The notes: generated by a model not told the origin, from the sequence alone. Shown: positions 29,356-39,462, numbered from the stretch's first letter. The stretch: DNA of 64,000 bases from a bacterium (GCA_963675295.2 CAXXKJ010000002.1:832001-896000); one strand, 5' to 3'. Made by a program: numbers and translations.

Positions 29356-31548
29356 CTATTTCATCAGGATCACCTTCTGAACGAGGGGGTGGCCGCCGTT
29401 GAACTGCGCGCGGACGAGGTACACGCAGCTGGTGAGGTTGGACGCATCGAACGTCAGGCTGTGCCGCCCACCGGCGAAGCGGCCGTTCGCGAGCGTCGCG
29501 ACTTCCTGGCCGAGCGTGTTGTACACCCGCATCCGCAGATCGCCGGCATCCGGCAGGGTCACGTTCAGCGTGGTGGTCGGGTTGAACGGGTTCGGGTAGG
29601 CGCTACCCAGCGCGAACTCACCCGGGATCGTAGAATCCACCGTCGCGATTTCCGCTGACTGCGTCAGATTCCAACCGGTCGAACTCCAGTCACCTTCAGC
29701 GTCCGCACCGAGGCTGAACTTGAGGAAGACGAAGGAATCCTGGTCGATGATGTTGTTCGGATACTGGCCGGCCTTGGCGATGTAGAGGTATTCACCTTCC
29801 GGCGCGAAGGGCGGGACGTTCTGGTGCACACCGGTCACGACGATATCGACACCCGGCTGGAAGGTGACATTGTAGACATCCAGCGGATAGGTGTTGCCAT
29901 TCGGCAGGATCGCTTCGGTCCAGATCTGGCCCGGAGTCGAGGCTGTATAGGTGTTGCGGATTTCGGCGTCAAAGATCAACGTGCCACCGTTCTGCAGAAC
30001 CACGAACGGTTCATAGAGTGGATCGAGGAGGACGAGAACATCGCTGAGCATCGATTCCGCAATCAATGCGGCCTGGTACGCGTCCACACGACCGGCGCCA
30101 TACACGTTGTCCTTGCCAGTCGCGCCGAGGTCGACGGCGGTCGTCTGCAGGATTACATCTACCTCTTCCGGGGTCAGGTTCGGGTTGATAGAACGGATCA
30201 AGGCGACCGTACCACCCGCGCACGGGGTCGCCATCGATGTGCCTGACTTTACCGTGTAGCCAGTGTTGCTCAGCGAGCACGAGTTGACATTTTCACCCGG
30301 TGCGGTCACATCCGGCTTCAGCAGGCCCTGGTTGGCACCGCCGTTGTAGATGTAGTCATACCACGGGTCGATGCTTTCCCACGTCACCGGACCGTGGCTG
30401 GAGAAAGCCGAAATGTTGTCGCTGCTGTTTGTCGAGCCGACGACGGTCAACCCGCCTGTGCCGCCATCTTCGATCTGGTCGGGATGACGCCACGGGGATG
30501 GAACCCAACCCGGTGCGGAAATCTGCTCTGGCGGGACGTTGAAGCTGGATCCACCGGAGTTTCCAGCCGCCTTGGTGTTGGTCACGCCCGCAAGATGCGC
30601 CATTTCGTACGTGTCGCGGTTGCCCTGGTGCAGGGTTGCGGAAACGTTATACCAACCCGCGCTGATCGTTGTGTGATGCGCTCCATGCGCCACTGACCAG
30701 TCAATACCGGCCCAGAGATCGCTGAGGTCCGCGGCGCCGTCGTCGTTCAAGACCTTGACGCACATGATTGTCGCATCCGGGGCGACACCGGCCTGTGTTC
30801 CGGCAGTACCATCACTGGCGACGATACCGGCAACGTGCGTGCCGTGACCGCGGACGTCCATCGGGTCAAGGTCGTCGTAATAGACGTCATAGCCGTGGTT
30901 CGGGAAGTCCGGGCCGCCGTCCCATAAGTGGTCAGCGAGGTCGACGTGGTTGTAGTTGACGCCGGTGTCCATGACGGCAACGATCACGCCTTCACCGGTG
31001 TAGCCCATGTCCCACACGTCGGGGGCGTTCACCTGGAGCACATGCCATTCGATTTCGTCGGTCTGGTTTCCGCCCGGGGTGCCCGAGGATTCCACTGGTT
31101 CGAGGCACGGCACATCCGGAGAATACTCGATCACATGGATTTCCGGACGGTCGGCGATACGCTGGATCACGGCCGGAGTCAGCTTCGCGGAAATCGCGTT
31201 TGTGAGCACGATCGAACGGATCCGTTCGGCGTGTCCAAGTTGTTCATCGGCATACAGTTCATCGAGGAGGGCGTTTTGAGAATCCGCTGCGCGCTGGCTC
31301 AGTTCCGCATACAGCAGCGAGCGGCGCTGTTCCATGCTGCGCACGCCTTCCAGGTACTGTGTCATTTCCTGAACGTCCGGACGTGGATTCATTAGGATCA
31401 CGACTTCAAGCAGTTCTGTATCGTCAGCAGCGTCAAGGACCGGCACGAGATGTTCACCGTACACAGTCGGAGCTGCGTTCGCGGTCTGAAACAGGAATCC
31501 AACCATCAACAACATGGCCATGAATGGGATGGAACGATGATTCTTCAC
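29356..31548 (-). CDS. S8 serine protease with propeptide, Ig-like domain and T9SS tail (copy B)
   Basis: Same catalytic triad as copy A and colinear with it; the tail has SCVY instead of SGVY. Confidence 0.92.
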   Translation of the reverse strand: MKNHRSIPFMAMLLMVGFLFQTANAAPTVYGEHLVPVLDAADDTELLEVVILMNPRPDVQEMTQYLEGVRSMEQRRSLLYAELSQRAADSQNALLDELYADEQLGHAERIRSIVLTNAISAKLTPAVIQRIADRPEIHVIEYSPDVPCLEPVESSGTPGGNQTDEIEWHVLQVNAPDVWDMGYTGEGVIVAVMDTGVNYNHVDLADHLWDGGPDFPNHGYDVYYDDLDPMDVRGHGTHVAGIVASDGTAGTQAGVAPDATIMCVKVLNDDGAADLSDLWAGIDWSVAHGAHHTTISAGWYNVSATLHQGNRDTYEMAHLAGVTNTKAAGNSGGSSFNVPPEQISAPGWVPSPWRHPDQIEDGGTGGLTVVGSTNSSDNISAFSSHGPVTWESIDPWYDYIYNGGANQGLLKPDVTAPGENVNSCSLSNTGYTVKSGTSMATPCAGGTVALIRSINPNLTPEEVDVILQTTAVDLGATGKDNVYGAGRVDAYQAALIAESMLSDVLVLLDPLYEPFVVLQNGGTLIFDAEIRNTYTASTPGQIWTEAILPNGNTYPLDVYNVTFQPGVDIVVTGVHQNVPPFAPEGEYLYIAKAGQYPNNIIDQDSFVFLKFSLGADAEGDWSSTGWNLTQSAEIATVDSTIPGEFALGSAYPNPFNPTTTLNVTLPDAGDLRMRVYNTLGQEVATLANGRFAGGRHSLTFDASNLTSCVYLVRAQFNGGHPLVQKVILMK

Positions 31549-31802
31549 AAATCACCTGAATTCAAGTATCGGTAGTTCCGTTGTTGTTAGTCTGAACTTG
31601 AAACATACGTAACCTGGCCCAACTCGACAATCCGAATTTGAGGAATTTGGATTTTGGTCCCGTTCCTTTCGAACGCGCGGACTCGGGGAGTTCTGCGATA
31701 CTCGAACCCACCTCCAGCGCCCGCCTTTCGCCCCTGACTCGGTGCAACCCGCGCCGTATCTTGCACGTTCCAAACGAAAGCCCGTAACCCTGAGGATCGA
31801 CC

Positions 31803-32972
31803 ATGCCGTACCACGCCCTTGACTATTACCGTCTCGACGAACTGCTCACCGAGGAAGAGCGGATGATCCGTGACGCGGTCCGCAGCTGGGTCAGCGACCG
31901 TGTCATCCCGAAGATCGACGAAGCCTTCCGGGATCATTTCTTCCCGCAGGAATGGATCCCCGAGATGGCCGAGCTCGGCCTGTTCGGGCCGACGTTGCCG
32001 GAAGAATATGGCGGCGCGGGAATCGGCGATATCGCGTACGGTCTCGCGATGCAGGAGCTGGAACGTGGCGACTCCGGCGTGCGCAGCTTCGCGTCGGTGC
32101 AGAGCGCGCTGGTGATGTATCCGATTTACACGTGGGGCAGCGAAGAGCAGAAGCGCGATTTGTTGCCGAAGCTGGCACGGGCCGAACTGATCGGCGCGTT
32201 CGGGTTGACCGAACCGGACGCCGGCTCCGATCCCGGTTCGATGCTGACCACCGCGACCAAGGTTGATGGCGGCTATCGTCTCAGCGGCGCGAAGATGTGG
32301 ATCACGAACAGCACCATCGCGGACATTCTGGTGGTCTGGGCGAAGTTGGACGGCGTCGTCAACGGCTTCCTCGTCGAAAAGGGCGCGGACGGGTTGACCT
32401 GCCCGGAAACAAAGGGCAAGTGGAGCCTGCGGGCGAGTGTGACCGGTGAGATCGTGATGCAGGATGTGTTCGTGCCGGAAGAGATGCGTATGCCGGACGC
32501 GATCGGCCTCAAGTGCCCGTTGATGTGCCTCAATCAGGCGCGGTACGGGATCACGTGGGGCGTGCTCGGCGCGGCGCAGGCGTGTTTCGACAGCGCGCTG
32601 CAATACGCATTGAGCCGTCCCCAGTGGGGCAAGCCGATCGCCGGGTTCCAGGCAGTGCAGGAGAAGCTGGTGCACATGGCGACCGAGATCACCAAGGGCC
32701 AGCTGCTGTGTTACCGTCTCGGCCAGATGAAGCAGAACGGCACCAGCTCGTTCCGTCAGGTCTCAATGGCGAAGGGGAACAACTGCCGCGTGGCGTTGGA
32801 GATCGCCCGCGTCGCGCGTGACATCCACGGCGCGAACGGCATCACCGACGAATACCCGATCATGCGTCACATGATGAATCTGGAGAGCGTGTACACGTAC
32901 GAGGGCACCGACACGATGCACACGCTGATCGTCGGCTCCGACCTGACCGGACTGGAGGCGTATAAGGGGTAG
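31803..32972 (+). CDS. Acyl-CoA dehydrogenase, glutaryl-CoA dehydrogenase-like
   Basis: ELERGDSGVRS, FGLTEPDAGSDP, KMWITN, ARYGI.WG and TYEGT motifs. Confidence 0.9.
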   Translation: MPYHALDYYRLDELLTEEERMIRDAVRSWVSDRVIPKIDEAFRDHFFPQEWIPEMAELGLFGPTLPEEYGGAGIGDIAYGLAMQELERGDSGVRSFASVQSALVMYPIYTWGSEEQKRDLLPKLARAELIGAFGLTEPDAGSDPGSMLTTATKVDGGYRLSGAKMWITNSTIADILVVWAKLDGVVNGFLVEKGADGLTCPETKGKWSLRASVTGEIVMQDVFVPEEMRMPDAIGLKCPLMCLNQARYGITWGVLGAAQACFDSALQYALSRPQWGKPIAGFQAVQEKLVHMATEITKGQLLCYRLGQMKQNGTSSFRQVSMAKGNNCRVALEIARVARDIHGANGITDEYPIMRHMMNLESVYTYEGTDTMHTLIVGSDLTGLEAYKG

Positions 32973-32977
32973 GGGGG

Positions 32978-33005
32978 CTGCGGACTACGGTCTGCGGTCT
33001 GCGAT
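32978..33005 (+). repeat. Short heptamer array (CTRCGGW-like)x4 after the stop codon
   Basis: CTGCGGA CTACGGT CTGCGGT CTGCGAT. Confidence 0.55.
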
Positions 33006-33008
33006 GGA

Positions 33009-33099
33009 ACAGAATCTTGCCCGTGTTGGTTTGTCCAATGCGGGTCATCCGAACCTTAAGCGGCATGGCGAATTGTTTTCGTCGTGCCGTTTTGTTTTG
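33009..33099 (+). repeat. About 90-bp structured intergenic element, copy 1 (two hairpins, the second terminator-like)
   Basis: Repeats at 34841-34931; core TCATCCGAACCTTAAGCGGCATGGCGAATTGTTTTCGTCGTGCCGTTTT is identical. Confidence 0.85.
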
Positions 33100-33156
33100 T
33101 CGGGAAATCGGAAATGCTTATCTTCTACTCAAATCGGATTGGATGTGGAGTCCCAA

Positions 33157-34827
33157 ATGAAGCGTATGTTGTTTTCCTCATGGATCGTTCTAACCATTTT
33201 GAGTTCAACTATCCTTGCTCAACCACCTTCTGTGGTTTGGGATCAAACTCTTCCGGCAGGTGGGGAAGCGAGCACGGTTCCCATCGAAGTCGTGACCTAC
33301 GGTGATGGAAGCTTTCGTCTTGTGGCCAGTCATTATGCCATGTGGGACGGATCTGCGATGCTGTACAAGCTCGCGGCGGACGGTTCCATTTTCGGAGTGC
33401 AGACCTATACAGGGTATTATGGCCATCAAACCCATTCGTTGGACGGACGCGTTGATCTCGGAGTGTTGTTGGTAACGTCGGTGCATGAAGAGTACAACGA
33501 AGGTCCAAATGACATTGTTACTGTGCGCCGTCTGGAAGAAAACACGATGGAAGACACATGGAACGGGTTAGGTTGTGCTGCACGATTTGATGAGTCGGGC
33601 GAAAACTATTACGTAGCACGTGGATACAAAGATAGCCATTTCGTTCCCGCTGACATCGGGATCTACCAGTATTCATCGAGTGACAACAGCGTTGTCCGTT
33701 CCCACGGCTACTCGGAAGTTGGCTATCCTAAGGATCTGGCTGTTCTAAGCGAAACTCGGATTTTCCTCGCTGAGCGAAACACCGTTGCCAGTATCGACCT
33801 GGTGAATGACGGCCATGTCCGTTGGACATATCCGATGGATGAGATTAAACGGGTGCATGCCACACCCGACAGCGGTTGTGTCGTATTCAACACCAACCGG
33901 ATTGATCGCCTGACGCGGTCTGGGCAGATGGTCTGGAGTTTTACTACACCTGTCTGGCACTTGAAGGATGTTGCCATTCAACCGACCGGCGCTGTCCTGT
34001 TTACTGGTAACAGCCCAGGGTATGGCGACGGTCTCGATTCACTGCTGGTTGGGGAACTCTCTTCGGATGGAACGCTGCTTTGGAATTGGCTCTCGCCGGA
34101 ACACCAATCCGGTATGGCAATCTCAGCAACGGAGGATGGTGGTTGTGTGATCGGGTACCTCTATGATCAATTCCCGTTTGATGGCCTCGCCGCTCTGCGT
34201 TTGCAGGGGAGGATTCAGTTAACCGCTACGCTCGAAGAACCGGTTTTCCTGCCTGCGGAAGGTGGAGAATTACACCTGGACGTAGAAGTGGAAGCCCGCA
34301 ATATCTCAGGCGCTCAGGGAACGTTTGTGCTGCAAGGCAAAAGCGCAGCGGCGGATCTGCCTGAATTGGAGCTTGAGGGACTAATCCATTCGGGAACGAA
34401 TATGTTTGAGGATGTTGTGTATCCGGTGCCAGAGGGGTATCCTTCTGGCCACTACCAGCTGGTTTCAACACTGAAGGTCAGCGGTTGGCAAACCAGCGAT
34501 TCCTCAGACTTTTACCTCGGAACGTCTGGTGTGGATGTTGAGTTACGCGCAATTGCGCCAGTCCAATTCCTGTTGCAACCCGTCTACCCCAACCCCTTCA
34601 ACTCCACGACGACAATCTCCTTCGACCTGAACCGCCCGACACCGGTCAACCTGTCCGTCTTCGACCTGCTCGGACGGGAGGTGACGGTGCTGAGTGACGG
34701 CCAGCCGTACGCGCCGGGATCGCACCGTGTGGTGTGGGACGCGTCCGGCCTGCCCGGCGGGACGTATTTCCTCCGCGCCCAGACCGATGACGAGCAGCAG
34801 GTGAGACGGATGCTGTTTCTGAAGTAA
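33157..34827 (+). CDS. Secreted predicted beta-propeller protein with Ig-like domain and T9SS tail
   Basis: ATG 33157 after GGAG; signal peptide then AQPPSVVW; C-terminal YPNPFNSTT...LPGGTYFL. Confidence 0.83.
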   Translation: MKRMLFSSWIVLTILSSTILAQPPSVVWDQTLPAGGEASTVPIEVVTYGDGSFRLVASHYAMWDGSAMLYKLAADGSIFGVQTYTGYYGHQTHSLDGRVDLGVLLVTSVHEEYNEGPNDIVTVRRLEENTMEDTWNGLGCAARFDESGENYYVARGYKDSHFVPADIGIYQYSSSDNSVVRSHGYSEVGYPKDLAVLSETRIFLAERNTVASIDLVNDGHVRWTYPMDEIKRVHATPDSGCVVFNTNRIDRLTRSGQMVWSFTTPVWHLKDVAIQPTGAVLFTGNSPGYGDGLDSLLVGELSSDGTLLWNWLSPEHQSGMAISATEDGGCVIGYLYDQFPFDGLAALRLQGRIQLTATLEEPVFLPAEGGELHLDVEVEARNISGAQGTFVLQGKSAAADLPELELEGLIHSGTNMFEDVVYPVPEGYPSGHYQLVSTLKVSGWQTSDSSDFYLGTSGVDVELRAIAPVQFLLQPVYPNPFNSTTTISFDLNRPTPVNLSVFDLLGREVTVLSDGQPYAPGSHRVVWDASGLPGGTYFLRAQTDDEQQVRRMLFLK

Positions 34828-34840
34828 GGAGTAAGGACAA

Positions 34841-34931
34841 ACAGAACTCTTGCCCGTTTTGGCTCGGCCAATGCGGATCATCCGAACCTTAAGCGGCATG
34901 GCGAATTGTTTTCGTCGTGCCGTTTTCGTTT
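34841..34931 (+). repeat. About 90-bp structured intergenic element, copy 2
   Basis: Direct repeat of 33009-33099. Confidence 0.85.
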
Positions 34932-34986
34932 GATTCGAATCAGCTACGTTCTATCTTACGCTGTACCCAATGAATCGGAGGGGATC

Positions 34987-36525
34987 GTGAAATCTCATAT
35001 CACTTGGATATTACTCGTAGCACTCATCCTTTTGTCCAGTCCTGTCCTGCTTCTGGCGCAGTTGAACCGTAGTTGGGTTCATACCTATGGCCAGCCCAGC
35101 GAGGAATACCGCAACCAGTATTCTATCGAAGAGATTCAACCGGCACCCGGGGGCGGCTGGTACCTCGGCGTCAGTACGGTCCATTCCCAACGGCAGTCCT
35201 TTCAAGCCTGGCTTGAAAGCCGATTCCTCAGAACGCATTCGGATGGGGAAACCATCTGGGAATCCGTACAGAATGGAGAACACATCGCTTGCATGACAAC
35301 GCTCGCGGACAGTTCGTTAGGATACGGGTTGAATTCAGGATTTGATGCTCGTAGTGGATATGAAACCAACATCGTGATTGCACGTCACCTGGCCACCGGT
35401 GTACAGGCATGGACGACAAACGGGAATGTCCCATACGATATCAATCCCTGGTTGGGCGCGATGTGCGCACTTCCAGACGCAAATCACCCGGGGCCGGGCC
35501 TCAACCTGTTTGTCAGTTTCGCGATCGACAACGCGCCGTTCTACGACGAACCCTCCGACATCGATCTTCATTTCCGAAATTATGACGAAAGAGGACTCTA
35601 CCGTGAAACAACCCTCCATCTCGGCAATTGCGGCTCCACACATGCCCCCCGGGTCGTTCAGGATGCATTGAGGTTGCCCGAGGGTGATATTCTTGTATAC
35701 GCACGTGGTCGCAATTTTCCCGGCGAACCGACACCGGATTATATCTCAGATGATTTTCTGCTGCGATTGAATTCGGACTTGCAGATTGTGCGGGCCACGA
35801 AGATCCGCGAATTTAATCCCGATCACGATGTCAGTGGGTATGATATCCACATGCTGTTGACCCGGGACGGTTGCGTGATGGTGCAGTCGGGGCTGGGAAT
35901 CGGGAAGTACGCCACAAATGGACGGCTGGTCTGGTTCATGGAATATGCTGACTTTGAGCCGAGACGGGTTGCCCGGGAAACGGCGTCCTTGCCGGCCCTT
36001 CACTATTTCGTCGGCGCGCTGGATGATGACGACCACACCTCCTGCGTCGGCGCTATCGGCACGGATGGGGATCTGTATTTCCTCCAGCCCGTTCCGGAAG
36101 CAATTGAGCTGAATAGCCTTCAGGTGAAAGGGATCGGCAATCTTGTCGTAGGCGGAGCGACCCAAACCAATGACCCGTACGGCCGCGTATACGAGCAGGC
36201 TCTGCTGGTCAATTATGCAAACCCGTATGGCTTGCGGATTACACCAGAAGTTCAGCCAACCCGGCTATCCCTGCTGCCAGTGTCGCCGAACCCGTTCAAC
36301 CCGTCCACCACAATCTCCTTCGACCTCAACCGTCCGACACCTGTTAACCTGGCCGTCTTCGACCTGCTCGGGCGTGAGGTGACGGTGTTGAGTGACGGCC
36401 AGCCGTACGCGCCGGGTTCGCACCGTGTGGTGTGGGACGCGTCCGGCCTGCCCGGCGGGACGTATTTCCTCCTTGCCCAGACCGATGACGAGCAGCAGGT
36501 GAGACGGATGCTGTTTCTGAAGTAA
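34987..36525 (+). CDS. Secreted predicted beta-propeller protein with a T9SS tail nearly identical to that of 33157-34827
   Basis: GTG 34987 after GGAGGG; signal peptide then AQLNRSW; last approximately 80 aa almost identical to the upstream gene. Confidence 0.83.
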   Translation: MKSHITWILLVALILLSSPVLLLAQLNRSWVHTYGQPSEEYRNQYSIEEIQPAPGGGWYLGVSTVHSQRQSFQAWLESRFLRTHSDGETIWESVQNGEHIACMTTLADSSLGYGLNSGFDARSGYETNIVIARHLATGVQAWTTNGNVPYDINPWLGAMCALPDANHPGPGLNLFVSFAIDNAPFYDEPSDIDLHFRNYDERGLYRETTLHLGNCGSTHAPRVVQDALRLPEGDILVYARGRNFPGEPTPDYISDDFLLRLNSDLQIVRATKIREFNPDHDVSGYDIHMLLTRDGCVMVQSGLGIGKYATNGRLVWFMEYADFEPRRVARETASLPALHYFVGALDDDDHTSCVGAIGTDGDLYFLQPVPEAIELNSLQVKGIGNLVVGGATQTNDPYGRVYEQALLVNYANPYGLRITPEVQPTRLSLLPVSPNPFNPSTTISFDLNRPTPVNLAVFDLLGREVTVLSDGQPYAPGSHRVVWDASGLPGGTYFLLAQTDDEQQVRRMLFLK

Positions 36526-37057
36526 GGAAGACAGATAGCGAGGGAGAACGCGTGGCAAAGTAGAAAGGAAGCATAAGGCAGTGCCCTGCCGACGCGTTCT
36601 CGCGGCCAGGTCATGTCGTGCGAAACGCGCTTCAACCGACGGTCTGCTTCTTCTTGGCTCAGCATCGGTCAGACAGCTCCTCCAATTTCAGGCCTAACTC
36701 TAAGTTTTCCATGAGTTAAATTCCATAACACGCCGATTTGCCGCAAATCCTCGAGTCGATATCCTTAAATCGCGAAATTCAGCCGTGGTATTCGACCCTC
36801 GACTCGGACAATTTTCGAGAAACCACTCGAAGAATCTCCTCCTCACCCCGTAAAAAGCGAGAGCTCTCCGAGACAGGGGGTTCTCCGCGCGCTTGAGACT
36901 CAGAAGTATAATTTCCACTAAGTATCATCAGTATCGCGGGTTTCAAAGGGGTTCTGAATTCCGAAATCTGGCTTTTTGGGAATCGTAAATCTGTAAAATC
37001 CCAAAAGAATGGCAGGTAGAAAAGGCTTCAAACTTCTAATACTGTGATACAGAACAC

Positions 37058-37086
37058 TTGATTTTGTAACTTTGTAGCATTATTAT
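37058..37086 (+). promoter_or_regulatory. Putative sigma70-type promoter of 37163
   Basis: TTGATT-17 bp-TATTAT in an AT-rich intergenic region. Confidence 0.45.
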
Positions 37087-37162
37087 AATACCCGAAAGGC
37101 GAGCAGTTCAGGAAACGATGCGCAAAGCGCGGGCAGGTTGGTAGCACGAGGAGGACATCACG

Positions 37163-39421
37163 ATGAAGATGACGACTATTGTACTTCTCACGATTGGTTT
37201 GTTGGCGGTCAGCGGCAACGCCAGTTCATTTGAGCCCGTAGCGATTGAACGGTCCAACTTCACGGTTCCCGTTGACGGAGACATGCCGGTCACGGACAGC
37301 AACATGACCTCTCCTTTCTTTGAAGGGTTTGAGAGTGGAGCGGCCGGGTGGAGTTTCTACGATGGCAACGGTGAGACGATCGGTTGGCAGGTGATCGAGG
37401 ATCCGGACCTCGCGTGGGCGGACGCCTGCTTCCTGGGTTTGGAGAATGCTGAGGCCAACACGGTGCTTTACGCCGAAAGCCCGGCATTCGACACCCCTAC
37501 GCTCGCCGCGGAAGAAACGATGTTCCTGGACGTGTACTTCGCCAATCTGTGGATGAACACGGACAACCTTGCGGAGAGCTTCTGGTGGCGTCCGGAGATT
37601 TACGATCCGAACACGGACACCTGGGGCCCGCTCGCGTCGCTACACAATGCTGTCTATACAGAGAGCAACGGTGGCGTCTGGGAATCCTTCAGCACCAGCG
37701 GCTACGCGTACGACTGGGACATGGAAGACTACCAGGGTCTGACGGGTGTCAAGGTACGCTTTGTGATCAACGTTCCGGCGGACGTGTCCGGATTCGACTT
37801 CATGCGTCTTGACAACGTGGAAGTTCTGCACAGGGCGTTGGATCATGATGTGTCGCCGGTACTGGAGATTCCGTACCCGACGGTTGTCGGCTATCCGGTG
37901 TTCGGTGAGGTGTACCTCTCGAACAATACCATGTACCCGGCGAGCAACGTCAGCGCGGCCTGGACCTTGAACGGTCAGTGGTGCAACCTGCTGCCGATGA
38001 GTCCGTACAACATGGACCCGTACCAGACGAGCCTGCTGTTCATCTCGGACCCGGTGGATCCGGACAATGTCGATTTCTGGCTGCCGACGACGGACGATAT
38101 CGGTGTCAACTACCTGACGGCGACGGCAGAGTATGCGGACGACGAAGATCCGACCAACAACATCTATCCGATGATCGTGAATGTGACCCCGGAAGGCCGT
38201 TTCGAACTTGGTGTCGATTCGCGCGGGTTCACGAGCAACTTGTCGGTGCCGACGTTGAATGATGGTCCGGTGGTTCACATCGATCCGCTCGAGATCAGCC
38301 CGGACTACTTCTACGGACAGAACTACGACATTTCGCAGATCCGTCTCTGGACCTATTTCCACCCGGCGGCTGGCGGTGCCCCGGCGAATGCCAGCATCAC
38401 CTTCCATGTCTACAGCGGTGGGGATACCCCCGGCCCGGAACTCTTCACCAGCGTGTACGAGTTCGATGTTGAGGAAGGGTATGTGGGCGACTACAGCGTG
38501 ATTGCGGACATCGGTGGTGTTGACGGTTCGCGTTGGATTGATGGCGATGTGTGGGTCTGGGCGGAAGTGACGTCGGAGGGCCAGAATGGTTATCCGCAGC
38601 CGTTCATCTACCAGACCCGTGCGGGCGACATGCAGCACAACCAGTTCGAGAACATGGCGGACGCCATGGCTGGTGCGAACTTGAGCGACTATGGTCATCA
38701 CCTGACGGCCACGATCATGCACGCCAGCGAGGAAGCGCCGGTAACCATGGAAGTGACTCCGTTGATCACCGAGATTCCCTGGTTTGGCGGGATTGTTTGC
38801 TACCAGCTGGAGATCGAGTCGCTGGTGGACTATTCGATTGAGGATGTGTGCTACTGGGTGGATGTGATCGGGCCGGAAGGTAACATTCAACAGAGCTATC
38901 GCACGGCGTACTTCACCTTGTTCCCGCACCGTCACATGTTCTTCGCCTGCATCATCAACGCGGTGCCGCTGTGGCTGCCGAACGGCGAGTACGAGTTCCA
39001 TGCGTACATTGGATCTCGGCCGAACTACTACGCCACCGGCATGTTCAACTTTACCAAGGGTGGCACCTGCGGCGACGGTCCGACGATTCAGGAAGGCGGG
39101 CACCAGGAGCTGAACATGGAAGCGGAAGTGATGATCGCTACCGCGGATCTGCCCCTGGAGTATGAGGTAAGCCAGGCCTACCCGAACCCGTTCAACCCGA
39201 CGACGTCGCTGGATATCAGCCTTCCGCAGGCGGGTGAATTGGAAGTGGCGATCTACAACGTGAATGGGCAGCAGGTGGATGTCGTGACGAAGGGTCAGTT
39301 CGAAGCCGGGCGTCACACGTTGACCATCGATGGCAGCCAGCTGGCGAGTGGTGTCTACTTTGTCCGCGCGACGGTTCCGGGCAAGATGACGGAGATGAGG
39401 AAGCTCGTCCTGATGAAGTGA
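37163..39421 (+). CDS. Secreted acidic protein with Ig-like domain and T9SS tail; shorter paralog of 1084-3981
   Basis: Shares SFSTSGY..DWD, PYPT, NDGPVVH, FH.AAGGAP.NAS and GHHLTATI with the 1084 protein. Confidence 0.87.
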   Translation: MKMTTIVLLTIGLLAVSGNASSFEPVAIERSNFTVPVDGDMPVTDSNMTSPFFEGFESGAAGWSFYDGNGETIGWQVIEDPDLAWADACFLGLENAEANTVLYAESPAFDTPTLAAEETMFLDVYFANLWMNTDNLAESFWWRPEIYDPNTDTWGPLASLHNAVYTESNGGVWESFSTSGYAYDWDMEDYQGLTGVKVRFVINVPADVSGFDFMRLDNVEVLHRALDHDVSPVLEIPYPTVVGYPVFGEVYLSNNTMYPASNVSAAWTLNGQWCNLLPMSPYNMDPYQTSLLFISDPVDPDNVDFWLPTTDDIGVNYLTATAEYADDEDPTNNIYPMIVNVTPEGRFELGVDSRGFTSNLSVPTLNDGPVVHIDPLEISPDYFYGQNYDISQIRLWTYFHPAAGGAPANASITFHVYSGGDTPGPELFTSVYEFDVEEGYVGDYSVIADIGGVDGSRWIDGDVWVWAEVTSEGQNGYPQPFIYQTRAGDMQHNQFENMADAMAGANLSDYGHHLTATIMHASEEAPVTMEVTPLITEIPWFGGIVCYQLEIESLVDYSIEDVCYWVDVIGPEGNIQQSYRTAYFTLFPHRHMFFACIINAVPLWLPNGEYEFHAYIGSRPNYYATGMFNFTKGGTCGDGPTIQEGGHQELNMEAEVMIATADLPLEYEVSQAYPNPFNPTTSLDISLPQAGELEVAIYNVNGQQVDVVTKGQFEAGRHTLTIDGSQLASGVYFVRATVPGKMTEMRKLVLMK

Positions 39422-39462
39422 GTCAGCTCACAAAATCCTGATGCAAACAGTAGTAAACATAT

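Noticed and set aside
33060-33070. Sigma54 promoter (GGCATG...TTG) in the 90-bp repeat and at about 27143
   Set aside because: The -24/-12 spacing is off by one in both cases, and the 33060 sequence is better explained as a terminator stem
27099-36528. Integron cassette array
   Set aside because: No tyrosine integrase and no recognisable attC (RYYYAAC...GTTRRRY) structures at gene ends
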